From Chthoniobacteraceae bacterium (GTDB lineage: Bacteria > Verrucomicrobiota > Verrucomicrobiia > Chthoniobacterales > Chthoniobacteraceae): a stretch of DNA of 64,000 bases. Where the stretch lies: contig JBEBGD010000005.1 of NCBI GenBank assembly GCA_040081625.1, positions 1-64,000 on the forward strand. Direction: 5' to 3'. Made by a program: the position numbers and the translations under genes. Under the pieces are notes generated by a model, which was not told where the DNA came from, made no database searches, and saw nothing but the letters and a program-made list of their open reading frames with translations. This document shows positions 38,018 to 48,132 of the stretch, one piece after another; positions within the stretch are counted from its first letter, which is position 1, and each line of letters opens with the position of its first letter.

Positions 38018-38496
38018 GAGCGCGCAGCAATCCCACGCTCATCGCCCGCCTGCTGTGTCTGTGCCGGCGGCTCGCCGACGCGCGGACGACGGAAGCGGCG
38101 CCGCGCGAGTTCGCGGACAGTGCCGCCCGGTGGGTCGTCGCGTGCTCGGGGCGCGATCCGGCGACGGGGGCGCGCTTCGATGTGCGCGTGGTGCTGTGCG
38201 CGAATGGCGACGCGACGATCGTGACGCGCGGTGCAGGGCGGGTGGCGCTGCCGGAGTCGGCGGCGCAAGCCCTGTGGGCGCTGCTGCTCCACTTCCCGCA
38301 CGGCTTCGCGGACATGACTGCGCGCGGCGCGCGGCGCCGGCTGCGCTGCCGCCTCGAGGTGCATCGCCGCCTTCCGCACCATGAAGTCGTCCGCGCCCGG
38401 TGCGACCTCGCGGAGTTCGACCCGTCCGCGCGTTCGCCGCTGGCCACGGCGCGCCTCGCGTCGCTGCTGCTGCGGCTTGCAGCGCCGGTGAACTGA
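38014..38496 (+). CDS. Hypothetical Arg-rich protein at the end of the operon
   Basis: ATGA overlap with PafA-TPR; no recognisable motif. Confidence 0.4.
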   Translation: MRARSNPTLIARLLCLCRRLADARTTEAAPREFADSAARWVVACSGRDPATGARFDVRVVLCANGDATIVTRGAGRVALPESAAQALWALLLHFPHGFADMTARGARRRLRCRLEVHRRLPHHEVVRARCDLAEFDPSARSPLATARLASLLLRLAAPVN

Positions 38497-38535
38497 GCAT
38501 TGCCACGACGGCGGCCCGCCCGCTACACGACGGCG

Positions 38536-39942
38536 GTGCAACTCCGCCTCTCCGACCTCTGGCGCTGGGATGGCGCGATCGATCGCGGGCCGTATCTGCT
38601 GCTGGGCTGCGTGCTCTTCGCGGTGAAATACAACGTCGATCGTGCGATCACGCTCGCCATCACCGGGCGCGCGTGGGGGTTCGTCGATCTCGCGGGATTC
38701 GCCGACTACGTGCTGCGCCGCGCGGACTACGCCGCGAACCCAAAGCTCGCGACGGCACTTCTGCTCAGCTCGCTGCCCTTTCTGTGGACGGGGCTCGTGC
38801 TGAGCATCCGCCGGCTTCGCTCGGCCGGGCTGCCGCGCTGGCTTGCGGCGCTCTACTTTGTGCCGTTTGTGAAGCTCGTGCTCTTCGCGATGCTCGCGCT
38901 CATCCCGCGCGCGGCGGTGCGGACTGTGGAGAAGGCGCGCGTGCATTCGCCGTTCGAGCGCTTCGTCAATGTTTGGCTGCCTCACAGCGCGCTCGGGAGC
39001 GCGTTCGTCGCCGCGCTGAATGTCGCGGTGACCGGCGGAGTGCTCGCGTATTTCGGGACGACGTGGCTGCGCAGCTACCAGTGGGCGGTGTTCGTGGGTG
39101 TGCCGTTCGGGATGGGGTTCCTCGCGGCCGGGCTTCACTGCTACCGCGAGAAGCGCACGATCCGCGCCTGCCTCGGTGTCGCCGCGCTCAGCGTCACGCT
39201 GCTCGGTGCCGGGTTCCTCGTCTTCGCGGTGGAAGGCATCATCTGCCTCGTGATGGCGGCGCCGCTGGCGCTCGTGCTCGCTTCGCTGGGAGCCATGCTC
39301 GCCTACGGCCTTCAGCGCGCGCTCTGGCAGGATGCGTCGAGCGACCGCGTGTTTTGCGTCGCGCTATTATGTGCGCCGGTGCTCGCGCTGATCGAACACC
39401 ACGACCCGCCGTCGGTGCCGCTGCTGCGAGTCACGACACCGATCGAGATCGCCGCGCCGCCGGAGATCGTCTGGCGGCACGTCGTCTCCTTCGCCGATCT
39501 GCCGCCGCCGACCGAGTTCATGTTTCGACACGGCATCGCCTACCCGGTGCGTGCGCGGATCGAGGGGCGTGGCGTCGGCGCGATCCGGTATTGCGAGTTC
39601 AGCACCGGCGCGTTCGTCGAACCGATCGAGGTGTGGGATGAGCCGCGGCTGTTGAAGTTCTCGGTGTCCGAGAATCCCGCGCCGATGGAGGAATGGACGC
39701 CGTTTCGCAGCGTCGAACCGCCGCACCTGCACGGTTACTTCTGTTCGCAACGCGGGCAGTTTCGACTGGTCGTGCGCGCCGACGGCGGCACGACGCTCGA
39801 GGGCACGACCTGGTATCATCACCACATGTGGCCGTCGGCTTACTGGCAGGCGATGAGCGACGTGGTGCTGCACCGGATCCATGCGCGGGTGCTGCGGCAT
39901 GTCCGCGCGCTCGCGGAAGCCGACGCGGCTACCAATCGCTGA
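38536..39942 (+). CDS. Membrane protein (DUF805-like N-terminus) with C-terminal SRPBCC/START-like domain
   Basis: Multiple hydrophobic helices, SIRRLRSAG, VTTPIEIAAPPEIVW, IHARVLRHV; start uncertain. Confidence 0.75.
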   Translation: MQLRLSDLWRWDGAIDRGPYLLLGCVLFAVKYNVDRAITLAITGRAWGFVDLAGFADYVLRRADYAANPKLATALLLSSLPFLWTGLVLSIRRLRSAGLPRWLAALYFVPFVKLVLFAMLALIPRAAVRTVEKARVHSPFERFVNVWLPHSALGSAFVAALNVAVTGGVLAYFGTTWLRSYQWAVFVGVPFGMGFLAAGLHCYREKRTIRACLGVAALSVTLLGAGFLVFAVEGIICLVMAAPLALVLASLGAMLAYGLQRALWQDASSDRVFCVALLCAPVLALIEHHDPPSVPLLRVTTPIEIAAPPEIVWRHVVSFADLPPPTEFMFRHGIAYPVRARIEGRGVGAIRYCEFSTGAFVEPIEVWDEPRLLKFSVSENPAPMEEWTPFRSVEPPHLHGYFCSQRGQFRLVVRADGGTTLEGTTWYHHHMWPSAYWQAMSDVVLHRIHARVLRHVRALAEADAATNR

Positions 39943-40196
39943 ACACCGTGCGCGTCCCTACGGCCCCGGCGGTGGGGGCGGCTCGGGCGCGGCGGGGCGG
40001 TCGTCGAGCAGGCTCGGCCGAAAGTCATCCCGCCGCGCGGGTCAATCAAAGAATGTAATGGAAACCTTTACATTTATCTTGATCGCGGCGCGCGCGTGCG
40101 CTGGAGTGTGCGCACACGTGACTTGGCGTATGGCACTACGGGAGGCTAGGCGAGACGGGGATTCCTGCGGCTCTCAACCATTCCACACCACCTGCC

Positions 40197-43100
40197 ATGT
40201 TTGCCATCATTCGTTCCTTCCTGCTCGCCGCCCTGCTCGCCTGCGCCCTACCGCTGCACGGGCAGGCGCCGAATACCTTCGTGGCCACCGGGACGATGAC
40301 GTCCGGGCGCCATCTGGGGACGCAGACCTTGCTGCCCAATGGCAAGGTGCTCGCCACGGGGGGTTATAGTAGCGGCACGCTCGCGAGCGCGGAGCTGTAT
40401 GATCCGGCGACCGGGGTCTGGACGGCGACGGGGAATATGATCACGGCGCGCTACCGACACTCGGCGACGCTGCTGCCGAGCGGCAAGGTGCTGATCGTGG
40501 GTGGAACCAATGGGAGCAGCTATTACTCGGCGGCGGAGCTTTACGACCCGGCGACGGGGACTTTCACGGCGACCGGCACGATGGCGACGGGACGCGCCGA
40601 CCAGACGGCGACGCTGCTGCTCAACGGGAAGGTGCTGATCTCGGCGGGGAGCACGAGCGTGTATCTGTCGAGCGCGGAGCTTTACAACCCGGCGACGGGG
40701 ACGTGGGCGCCGACCGGCAGCCTGATTACGCCGCGGAACGCCCACACGGCGACTCTGCTGGCCAGCGGCAAGGTGCTGGTGGCTGCCGGGGGGAACGCCG
40801 GCGCGCCCATCGGGAACGCGGAGATTTACGATCCGGCGGCGGGGACGTGGACGGCGACCGCGGCTCTGGCCGGGGTGCGCTACAACCACAGGGCGACGTT
40901 GCTGCCGAACGGCAAGGTGCTGGTCACCGGCGGCACGACGGGGGGCAGCTTCCTGGCGACGGCGGAACTCTTCGATCCGGCGGGCGCGGGGACGTGGTCT
41001 TCGACGACGAGCTTCACGACGGCCGGGGCACGGCAGGGGCACAGCGCCTCGCTGCTGCCGAATGGCAAGGTGCTCATCGTCGCAGGCTACGGCGGCACCT
41101 TCCTCACGAACGCGGCAATCTATGATCCCGCGGGCGCGACGTGGACGACGACGGGGAGTCTCGCGACGGCCCGCTATGAGCACAACGCCACGCTGCTGCC
41201 AGGCGGGAAAGTGCTCGTCGCCGGTGGCGGGGGCAACGGCGGAGCCTACCTCGCGAGCGCGGAGCTGTATGAGCCGGGGACGGGGACATTCTCAGCTACC
41301 GGCAGCTTCACCACGCAGCGCGAGCAACACACGGAGACGCTGCTGCCCAATGGCAAGGTGCTCATCGCCGGGGGATACAACGGCAGCTTTCTGACGAGCG
41401 CGGAGATCTACGACCCGGCTACCGGCTTGTGGACGGCGACTGGCAGCCTCGCCGCGGCGCGCAAGCATCACACCGCGACCCTGCTGCCCAGTGGCAAGGT
41501 GCTCGTGGCCGGGGGATCCGGCAGCAGCTATCTCGCAGGCGCCGAGATCTACGACCCGGCCACCGGTTTGTGGACGGCCACCGGCAGCCTCGCCACGGCG
41601 CGCCATACTCACACGGCGACGCTGCTGCCCAATGGCAAGGTGCTCGTCGCCGGGGGAAACAACGGCAGCGGCGTTCTCGCGAGCACAGAGCTCTACGACC
41701 CGGCCACCGGCGTGTGGACCGCGACCGGCAATCTCGTGGGAGGGCGCTACGCTCACACGGCGACGCTGCTGTCCAATGGCAAGGTGCTTGCCGCCGGAGG
41801 AGCGAACAACAGCACGGTGGTTACGACCGCAGAGCTTTTCGATCCGTCCACCGGCACCTGGACGGCGACCGGCAGCCTCGCCACGCAGCGGGCGAACCAC
41901 ACCCTGACGCTGCTGCCCAATGGTAAGGTGCTCGCCACCGGGGGCAACAGGACCAGCGGCTATCTCGCGAGCGCGGAGCTTTACAATCCCTCCACCAACG
42001 TGTGGACGACGACTGGCAACCTCGCGACGGCGCGGAACAATCACATGGCGACGCTGCTGCCCAACGGCAAGGTGCTCGTCACCGGGGGAAGTAACGACGG
42101 CGGCGCTCTCGCGAGCGCGCAGCTTTACGACCCAGCCGCCGGCTTGTGGGCGACGACCGGCAGCCTCGCCGCAGCGCGCTACAATCACACGGCGACGCTG
42201 CTGCCCAATGGCAGCGTGCTCGTCGCCGGGGGATTCGACGGCAGCCATCTCGCGAGCGCGGAGCTCTTCAACGCCGGGCTCGGCTTCCTCTCCAGCGCGC
42301 AGCCGGTGATCACAGCGGCCTCTTTCAATGCCACGGGCCAGCTCGTGGTGACGGGCACGGGCTTCAACGGCGTCTCCGGCGCCTCGGGCGGCAGCACGCA
42401 GGACTCGCCGACGAATTATCCCGTGGCGCAACTGCGCTGGCTGGACGGCGGGCAATCCACTTTCCTTTCCCGCGACGCGGCGGCGAGCGCTTCGGCGACG
42501 GCCTTCACCTCCTCCACGGGCGCGAATACGCAGGCGGGGCATGCGCTGGTGACGGTCTTTGCGAACGGCATCCCGAGCACGGCCAGCGTGGTGCTCGGCA
42601 TGCTCCCCGACACGACTGCGCCGGAGACGACGATCACCAGCGGCACGCCGGCGGCGAACTCCACCTCGGCGACGTTCACTTTCACCGGGACGGACAACGT
42701 GGCGGTGACGAGCTTTGAGAGGAATCTGGACGGCGACGGCACGGCCTACGCGACGGTGACGAGCCCGGTGGGCCTGAGCGGGCTCTCGCAGGGCGCGCAC
42801 ACCTTCAGCGTGCGGGCGAAGGACGCGGCGGGGAATGTGGACGCGACGCCGGCGACGGTGACGTGGACGGTGGACACGATCGCGCCGCTGACGACGATCA
42901 CCAGCGGGCCGAGCGGCACGGTGAACAGCGACAGCGCCACCTTCGCCTACAACGCGAATGAGGCGGCGACCTTCAGCTACAGCCTCGACGGCGGCACGAC
43001 CGCCACGGGTGCAGGCCCGGTGACCTTCACCGGTCTCACGCAGGGCGCGCATACGTTCAGCGTCGTCGCGACCGACACAGCGGGGAATGTGGACCTCACA

Positions 43101-46100
43101 CCGGCGACGGTGTCGTGGACGGTGGACACGCTGGCGCCGACCTTCGCGCTGCCGGCGAGTATTACCGCCGAGGCGACGAGCGCGGCGGGCCGGGTGGTGA
43201 CTTACAGCGCGGGCGCGAGCGACTCCGGGAGCGGCGTGGCCACCCAGAGCTACACGCCGGCGAGCGGGAGCACTTTCCCCATCGCCACGACGACGGTGAA
43301 TGCGAGCGCGACGGATAACGCGGGGAACACGGCGACGGGGAGCTTCACGGTGAGGGTGCGGGATACGACGCCGCCGGTGGTGACGGTGCCGGCGAATGTC
43401 TCGGTGACGGCGACGAGCGCGGCCGGGGCGGCGGTGAGCTTTAGCGTGAGTGCGACGGATATCGTGGACGGAAGCGTCACGGCGACGCCGGATTACGCCA
43501 GCGGGAGCACTTTCCAGATCGGGACGACGACGGTGAACGTGTCGGCGACGGATGCACACGGGAACGAGGCAAGCGCGAGCTTCACGGTGACGGTGAACAA
43601 CACGGCGCCAGTGGTGGCGGCGGATTCGGTGGGTGCGGCCGCGTTCACGACGACTGGGAGCCTGATCACGGCGCGCAATATCCACGCGGCGGAGCGGCTC
43701 GCCGACGGACGGGTGCTCGTGGCTGGGGGATACAACGACGCCAGCGGCAACCGGCTGGCGAGCGCGGAGCTTTACCACCCGGCGACGGGGAGCTGGAGCG
43801 CCACGGGCAGCATGGCCTCGGCGCGCTTTCTCCTCACGCTGACGCCGCTGGCCGACGGCAGGGTGCTCGCGGCGGCAGGGTTCAGCAACAGCGGCCCGAC
43901 GACGAGCGCGGAGCTTTACGATCCGGCGACGGGGACCTGGACCGCCACGGCCGGCAGCCTGACCGATGGGCGCTACTTTCACACGGCGACGCGGCTCGCG
44001 AATGGCAAGGTGCTCGCGGTCGGCGGAACCGGCAATACCGGCCAATTGGCGAGCGCGGAGCTTTATGACCCGGCGACGGGGAGCTGGAGCGCGGTGGGCA
44101 GCCTGGCCACGGCGCGCTATTACCACACGGCGACGCTGCTCGCCGACGGCAAGGTGCTGGTGACCGGGGGCTACGACAGTAACTACCAGCAAACGGCGAG
44201 TGCGGAGCTTTACAATCCGGTGACGGGAACCTGGAGCGCGGCGGGCAGTCTGCTCACGGCGCGCCGGTGGCACACAGCGACGCGGCTGGCCGACGGCAAG
44301 GTGCTGGTGACCGGGGGCTACAATGACAACATCGGCGTGGAGGCGAGCGCGGAGCTTTACGATCCGGCGACCGGGAACTGGAGCGCGACGGGCAGTCTGG
44401 CTACGGCTTGCTATCTCCATACGGCGACGCTGCTGGCCGACGGCAAGGTGCTGGTGGCCGGCGGGGCCGGCAACAGCGGCGATGTGGCGACCGCGGAGAT
44501 CTACAATCCGGCGACCGGGCTCTGGAGCACGGCGGCCAATCTGATCGCGGTGCGCGATCGCCACACGGCGACGCTGCTCGCCGACGGCAAGGTGCTCCTG
44601 GCCGGGGGATACGGTGCCGGTGGAATCAATCAGGCGAGCGCGGAGCTTTACGGCGCGGCGGCGGCGGTCGCGACCGCGGCAGAGGGCGCGGCTGGCGTGC
44701 AGACGGGCACCTTCTCCGATGCGGATGGGAACGCGACGGTGACGCTGACGGCTTCCTCCGGGACGATCACGCAGAACAACACGGCGGGGACGTGGAGCTG
44801 GACGAGGACGAGCAACGATGACCTGGCTACGGAGACGATCACGATCACGGCGACGGATACGACGACGGCGACGGCGACGGCGACGTTCGCCTTCACGGTG
44901 ACGAATGTGGTGCCGACGGTGGCGATCAGCGCGCTGGCGACGGCGGAGGTGAACACGGCGGTGAGCTTCACCTTCACGGCGACGGATGTGGGCAGCGCGG
45001 ACCAGAGCGCGGGCTTCACCTGGACGATCGACTACGGCGACGACAGCGGCGAGACGACCTCCGCGGGGAGGCCTTCGCCGCTCACGCGCACGCACACTTA
45101 CGCGAGCACGGACACTTACACGGTGACGGCGACGGCGACGGACAAGGACGGCGGGGTGAGCACGGTGGCGACGAGGAGTATCACGATCAACGACGTGACG
45201 GCGCCGGACACGACGATCACCAGCGCGCCGAGTGGCGACACCAACAGCACGAGCGCGACGATCGCCTTCACCGGGACGGATAACGTGGGCGTGGCCAGCT
45301 TCGAGGGTCGGCTCTTCGGTGGGACCTGGAGCACGGTGACCAGCCCGGTGACGCTGAGCGGCCTGAGCGACCGCTCTTACACCTACGAGGTGCGGGCGCG
45401 GGATGCGGCGGGCAATGTGGACGCTACGCCGGCGACGGTAACGTGGGGGGTGGATACGGTGCCGCCGAGCCTTTCGCTGCCGGCGAATATTACCGCCGAG
45501 GCGACCGGGCCGGACGGGGCGGTGGTCATTTACACAGCCAGCGCCAGCGACGCGGAAAGTGGACTCCGCTTCGCGAGCTATACGCCGGCGAGCGGGAGCA
45601 CCTTCCCCATCGGGACGACGCTGGTGAATGCCCTCGCAACGGACAACGCGGGGAACACGAATACGGGCATCTTCACCGTGACGGTGAACAAGTTGGCGCA
45701 GACCATCACCTTCACTCCGCCCGCGACGGCGACGACGACCGACACGATCGTGCTCAGCGCAACGGGCGGCGGGAGCGGGAACGCGGTGACCTTCAGCGTG
45801 CAGAGCGGATCGGGGACGATCAGCGCCGGGACGAGCCTGACCTTCACCGGCACGGGCAATGTGGTGGTGCGCGCGAGCCAGGCGGGCAATGCGAACTACA
45901 GCGCCGCGGCGAACGTGGATCGCACGATCGCGGTTAGCGCCGGCGGCGTGACGCTGGCCAACGACTCGGCCTACGCCGGTAGCAGGGCGATCACTATCAA
46001 CGTGCTGGCCAATGACGTCGCCCTCTCCGGCTCGCGCTCGATCGCGAGCGTCGCGCAGCCCGTAAGCGGCGGCGTGGCGGCGATCGTCGCGGGCAAGGTG

Positions 46101-47204
46101 CGCTTCACGCCGAGCGGGGTAGTGAGTGCGCCGATCACCTTCACCTATACCGCGACCAATGGCTCGGCCAGCGGCACGGCGACGGTGACGATCGAGCCCG
46201 TGAGCGGCCTGGCCGGTAACTACATCGGCCTGCTGACCGACGGCACTGGCACCGTGCGCGGACGCGTCCGGGTCGCGGCCACCGCGACAGGCGCGGTGAC
46301 CGGGAGCCTCCGGCGCGATGGGGGGACGCTGGGATTCAAGGGCAGCTTGCTGGGTTCCGGGCAGATCGACGTGTTCACCGGCAGCACCCCGCGCATCCCG
46401 CTCACGCTCGCTCCCGGCACGGACGACGCCTTCGGCCACCCGACGCTGAACGCCTCGGTGACGGCGCCGACGGTGGGCACGCTTACCGGGACGCTCGAGC
46501 GCTCGGTCGTGATTCCGGCGCTGCTGGGTCGTTACACGATCGTGGCGAATCTGCCCGGCGGCGGCACGGGTCCGGCGACGGGCGCGGTGCTCACCTGCAA
46601 CATCACGACGGCGGGCGCGACCTTCGCAGGGCGGCGCGGCCATGGTGGCACTATCGCCTCGAGCGGCCCACTGCTGGCTGGCGCGCGGCACCCGTTCTAT
46701 CACGGCAACGGCGCCGGGGCCGCGACACAGCGGCTCGCGGGCGAGATGGTCTTCAACCGCACCGCGTCACCCGCGGTGACCGGCACGCTGCACTGGCGCG
46801 TGCCCGCCGGGGCGAGCACGCGGATCCCCGCCGGTGTGGATCAGGATTACACGCTGCTCGGCATGCCTTACACACCGGCCGCGAGTGCGGCGTCGATGTA
46901 TTCCCCGGCCGCGCTCGCAGCCACGCTGACGCTGAACTTCCCGACCGTGCCCGGCTCTCCGCTGACGTTGAGGACGAACCTTACCGGCACGCCCATCGGC
47001 GGCAGGCTGCGGGTGATCTCCAAATACGTCCCGACCTACATCGATCTCTACCCCGCGAGCGGGTTCTTCGTCGGGGAGTATAAACCGGCGCGGCAGGCGA
47101 GCCGACCCTTCTTCGGCGTGATCATCCAGGGCGCCGGCTACAACTACGGCCAGGGAAATACGCTCGACGGCGCGACCATCAACGCTGCGAGCCTCACGCC
47201 GTAG
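40197..47204 (+). CDS. Secreted Kelch-repeat protein with Ig-like/HYR/PKD domains
   Basis: Signal peptide; 14+7 Kelch repeats (R..HTATLL.NGKVLV.GG...AELYDP); DT.AP.TTI Ig repeats; HYR-like ASGSTFPIG; PKD-like WTIDYGD. Confidence 0.9.
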   Translation: MFAIIRSFLLAALLACALPLHGQAPNTFVATGTMTSGRHLGTQTLLPNGKVLATGGYSSGTLASAELYDPATGVWTATGNMITARYRHSATLLPSGKVLIVGGTNGSSYYSAAELYDPATGTFTATGTMATGRADQTATLLLNGKVLISAGSTSVYLSSAELYNPATGTWAPTGSLITPRNAHTATLLASGKVLVAAGGNAGAPIGNAEIYDPAAGTWTATAALAGVRYNHRATLLPNGKVLVTGGTTGGSFLATAELFDPAGAGTWSSTTSFTTAGARQGHSASLLPNGKVLIVAGYGGTFLTNAAIYDPAGATWTTTGSLATARYEHNATLLPGGKVLVAGGGGNGGAYLASAELYEPGTGTFSATGSFTTQREQHTETLLPNGKVLIAGGYNGSFLTSAEIYDPATGLWTATGSLAAARKHHTATLLPSGKVLVAGGSGSSYLAGAEIYDPATGLWTATGSLATARHTHTATLLPNGKVLVAGGNNGSGVLASTELYDPATGVWTATGNLVGGRYAHTATLLSNGKVLAAGGANNSTVVTTAELFDPSTGTWTATGSLATQRANHTLTLLPNGKVLATGGNRTSGYLASAELYNPSTNVWTTTGNLATARNNHMATLLPNGKVLVTGGSNDGGALASAQLYDPAAGLWATTGSLAAARYNHTATLLPNGSVLVAGGFDGSHLASAELFNAGLGFLSSAQPVITAASFNATGQLVVTGTGFNGVSGASGGSTQDSPTNYPVAQLRWLDGGQSTFLSRDAAASASATAFTSSTGANTQAGHALVTVFANGIPSTASVVLGMLPDTTAPETTITSGTPAANSTSATFTFTGTDNVAVTSFERNLDGDGTAYATVTSPVGLSGLSQGAHTFSVRAKDAAGNVDATPATVTWTVDTIAPLTTITSGPSGTVNSDSATFAYNANEAATFSYSLDGGTTATGAGPVTFTGLTQGAHTFSVVATDTAGNVDLTPATVSWTVDTLAPTFALPASITAEATSAAGRVVTYSAGASDSGSGVATQSYTPASGSTFPIATTTVNASATDNAGNTATGSFTVRVRDTTPPVVTVPANVSVTATSAAGAAVSFSVSATDIVDGSVTATPDYASGSTFQIGTTTVNVSATDAHGNEASASFTVTVNNTAPVVAADSVGAAAFTTTGSLITARNIHAAERLADGRVLVAGGYNDASGNRLASAELYHPATGSWSATGSMASARFLLTLTPLADGRVLAAAGFSNSGPTTSAELYDPATGTWTATAGSLTDGRYFHTATRLANGKVLAVGGTGNTGQLASAELYDPATGSWSAVGSLATARYYHTATLLADGKVLVTGGYDSNYQQTASAELYNPVTGTWSAAGSLLTARRWHTATRLADGKVLVTGGYNDNIGVEASAELYDPATGNWSATGSLATACYLHTATLLADGKVLVAGGAGNSGDVATAEIYNPATGLWSTAANLIAVRDRHTATLLADGKVLLAGGYGAGGINQASAELYGAAAAVATAAEGAAGVQTGTFSDADGNATVTLTASSGTITQNNTAGTWSWTRTSNDDLATETITITATDTTTATATATFAFTVTNVVPTVAISALATAEVNTAVSFTFTATDVGSADQSAGFTWTIDYGDDSGETTSAGRPSPLTRTHTYASTDTYTVTATATDKDGGVSTVATRSITINDVTAPDTTITSAPSGDTNSTSATIAFTGTDNVGVASFEGRLFGGTWSTVTSPVTLSGLSDRSYTYEVRARDAAGNVDATPATVTWGVDTVPPSLSLPANITAEATGPDGAVVIYTASASDAESGLRFASYTPASGSTFPIGTTLVNALATDNAGNTNTGIFTVTVNKLAQTITFTPPATATTTDTIVLSATGGGSGNAVTFSVQSGSGTISAGTSLTFTGTGNVVVRASQAGNANYSAAANVDRTIAVSAGGVTLANDSAYAGSRAITINVLANDVALSGSRSIASVAQPVSGGVAAIVAGKVRFTPSGVVSAPITFTYTATNGSASGTATVTIEPVSGLAGNYIGLLTDGTGTVRGRVRVAATATGAVTGSLRRDGGTLGFKGSLLGSGQIDVFTGSTPRIPLTLAPGTDDAFGHPTLNASVTAPTVGTLTGTLERSVVIPALLGRYTIVANLPGGGTGPATGAVLTCNITTAGATFAGRRGHGGTIASSGPLLAGARHPFYHGNGAGAATQRLAGEMVFNRTASPAVTGTLHWRVPAGASTRIPAGVDQDYTLLGMPYTPAASAASMYSPAALAATLTLNFPTVPGSPLTLRTNLTGTPIGGRLRVISKYVPTYIDLYPASGFFVGEYKPARQASRPFFGVIIQGAGYNYGQGNTLDGATINAASLTP

Positions 47205-47208
47205 GCGC

Positions 47209-48132
47209 TCACTCGCTGAAGCGCAGGTCGGAGACGAGCACGCGGTGATCTGACCGGAAGGTGATCTCGTGATGGCAGCGCACGGGCGTGAGGCCCTTTC
47301 CGCACCACATCTGGTCGAGCGAGAGCACGGGCAGCGGCATGGGCCAGGTCTCGCCGGAGCCGATGCCGGCGGTCTCGAACGTGTTCACGAAGTTCTTTCG
47401 CAGCTCGGCGAAGTGCGCGGAATCGCGCGGTGTGTTGAAATCGCCGAGGACGATGAGCGGGCGGTCGCGCAGCGAGTCGGCGAGTTGCGTGAGGCGGGCG
47501 AGCGGCGCGCGGCGCGACTGCATCGGCACGCCGCTGATATCGACCTGGAGCACGCGCAGGTCGCGGCCTTTGATCCGCACATCGTAGCGGGCGAAGTATG
47601 AGCCGGGGCCGAGCGAGCCCGATTCGCGCGCGGTCACCTCGCCGCGGACGAGGCAGAGGAGATTGCCTCCGGCGAATTCCGCGGCGTAGCCGGCGAAGGT
47701 CTCGCTCCAGCGCTCGCGCCCGCGGCCGTTGCGCGGCAGCACTTCCGCGATCGCGATGAGGTCGGCGTCGTAGCCGCGCAGCCGGCTCGCGATCGACGGG
47801 AATCGATGCACGGGCCGAGCGACGTTCCATTGCACGACGCGCAGGTCCGCCGCCTCGTGCGAGGGCTGCCCGGTGCGCCAGTGCTCCATGATCCACATGG
47901 CGAGAAAGACGTGCGTGATCGCGATGCTCGCGAAGACCATCTGCGGCTGACGGCGGAAGCGCCACACGATCGGCAAGGTGAGGAACGCGAGCACCGGCCA
48001 CGGCGTGATGTAGTAGAGCGGCGCGAGCAGATCGACCGAGTCGCGCAGCGTGACGCGCAGCACGATGCCGTTGAGCCAGACGATGAGGAGCAGCGGGAAG
48101 AACTGGCGCCCGATCCAGCGGAGCGCGTTCAC
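47209..48132 (-). CDS. Membrane-anchored endonuclease/exonuclease/phosphatase-family protein
   Basis: N-terminal TM helices, VVQWNV, LGDFN, LDQ, SDH. Confidence 0.85.
   Translation of the reverse strand: MNALRWIGRQFFPLLLIVWLNGIVLRVTLRDSVDLLAPLYYITPWPVLAFLTLPIVWRFRRQPQMVFASIAITHVFLAMWIMEHWRTGQPSHEAADLRVVQWNVARPVHRFPSIASRLRGYDADLIAIAEVLPRNGRGRERWSETFAGYAAEFAGGNLLCLVRGEVTARESGSLGPGSYFARYDVRIKGRDLRVLQVDISGVPMQSRRAPLARLTQLADSLRDRPLIVLGDFNTPRDSAHFAELRKNFVNTFETAGIGSGETWPMPLPVLSLDQMWCGKGLTPVRCHHEITFRSDHRVLVSDLRFSE

Noticed and set aside
41292..46703. 1803-aa minus-strand ORF and similar long antisense or alternate-frame ORFs (e.g. 29974-32532, 3546-5105, 59399-61411)
   Set aside because: Arg/Ala-rich shadows of high-GC coding genes with no protein motifs.
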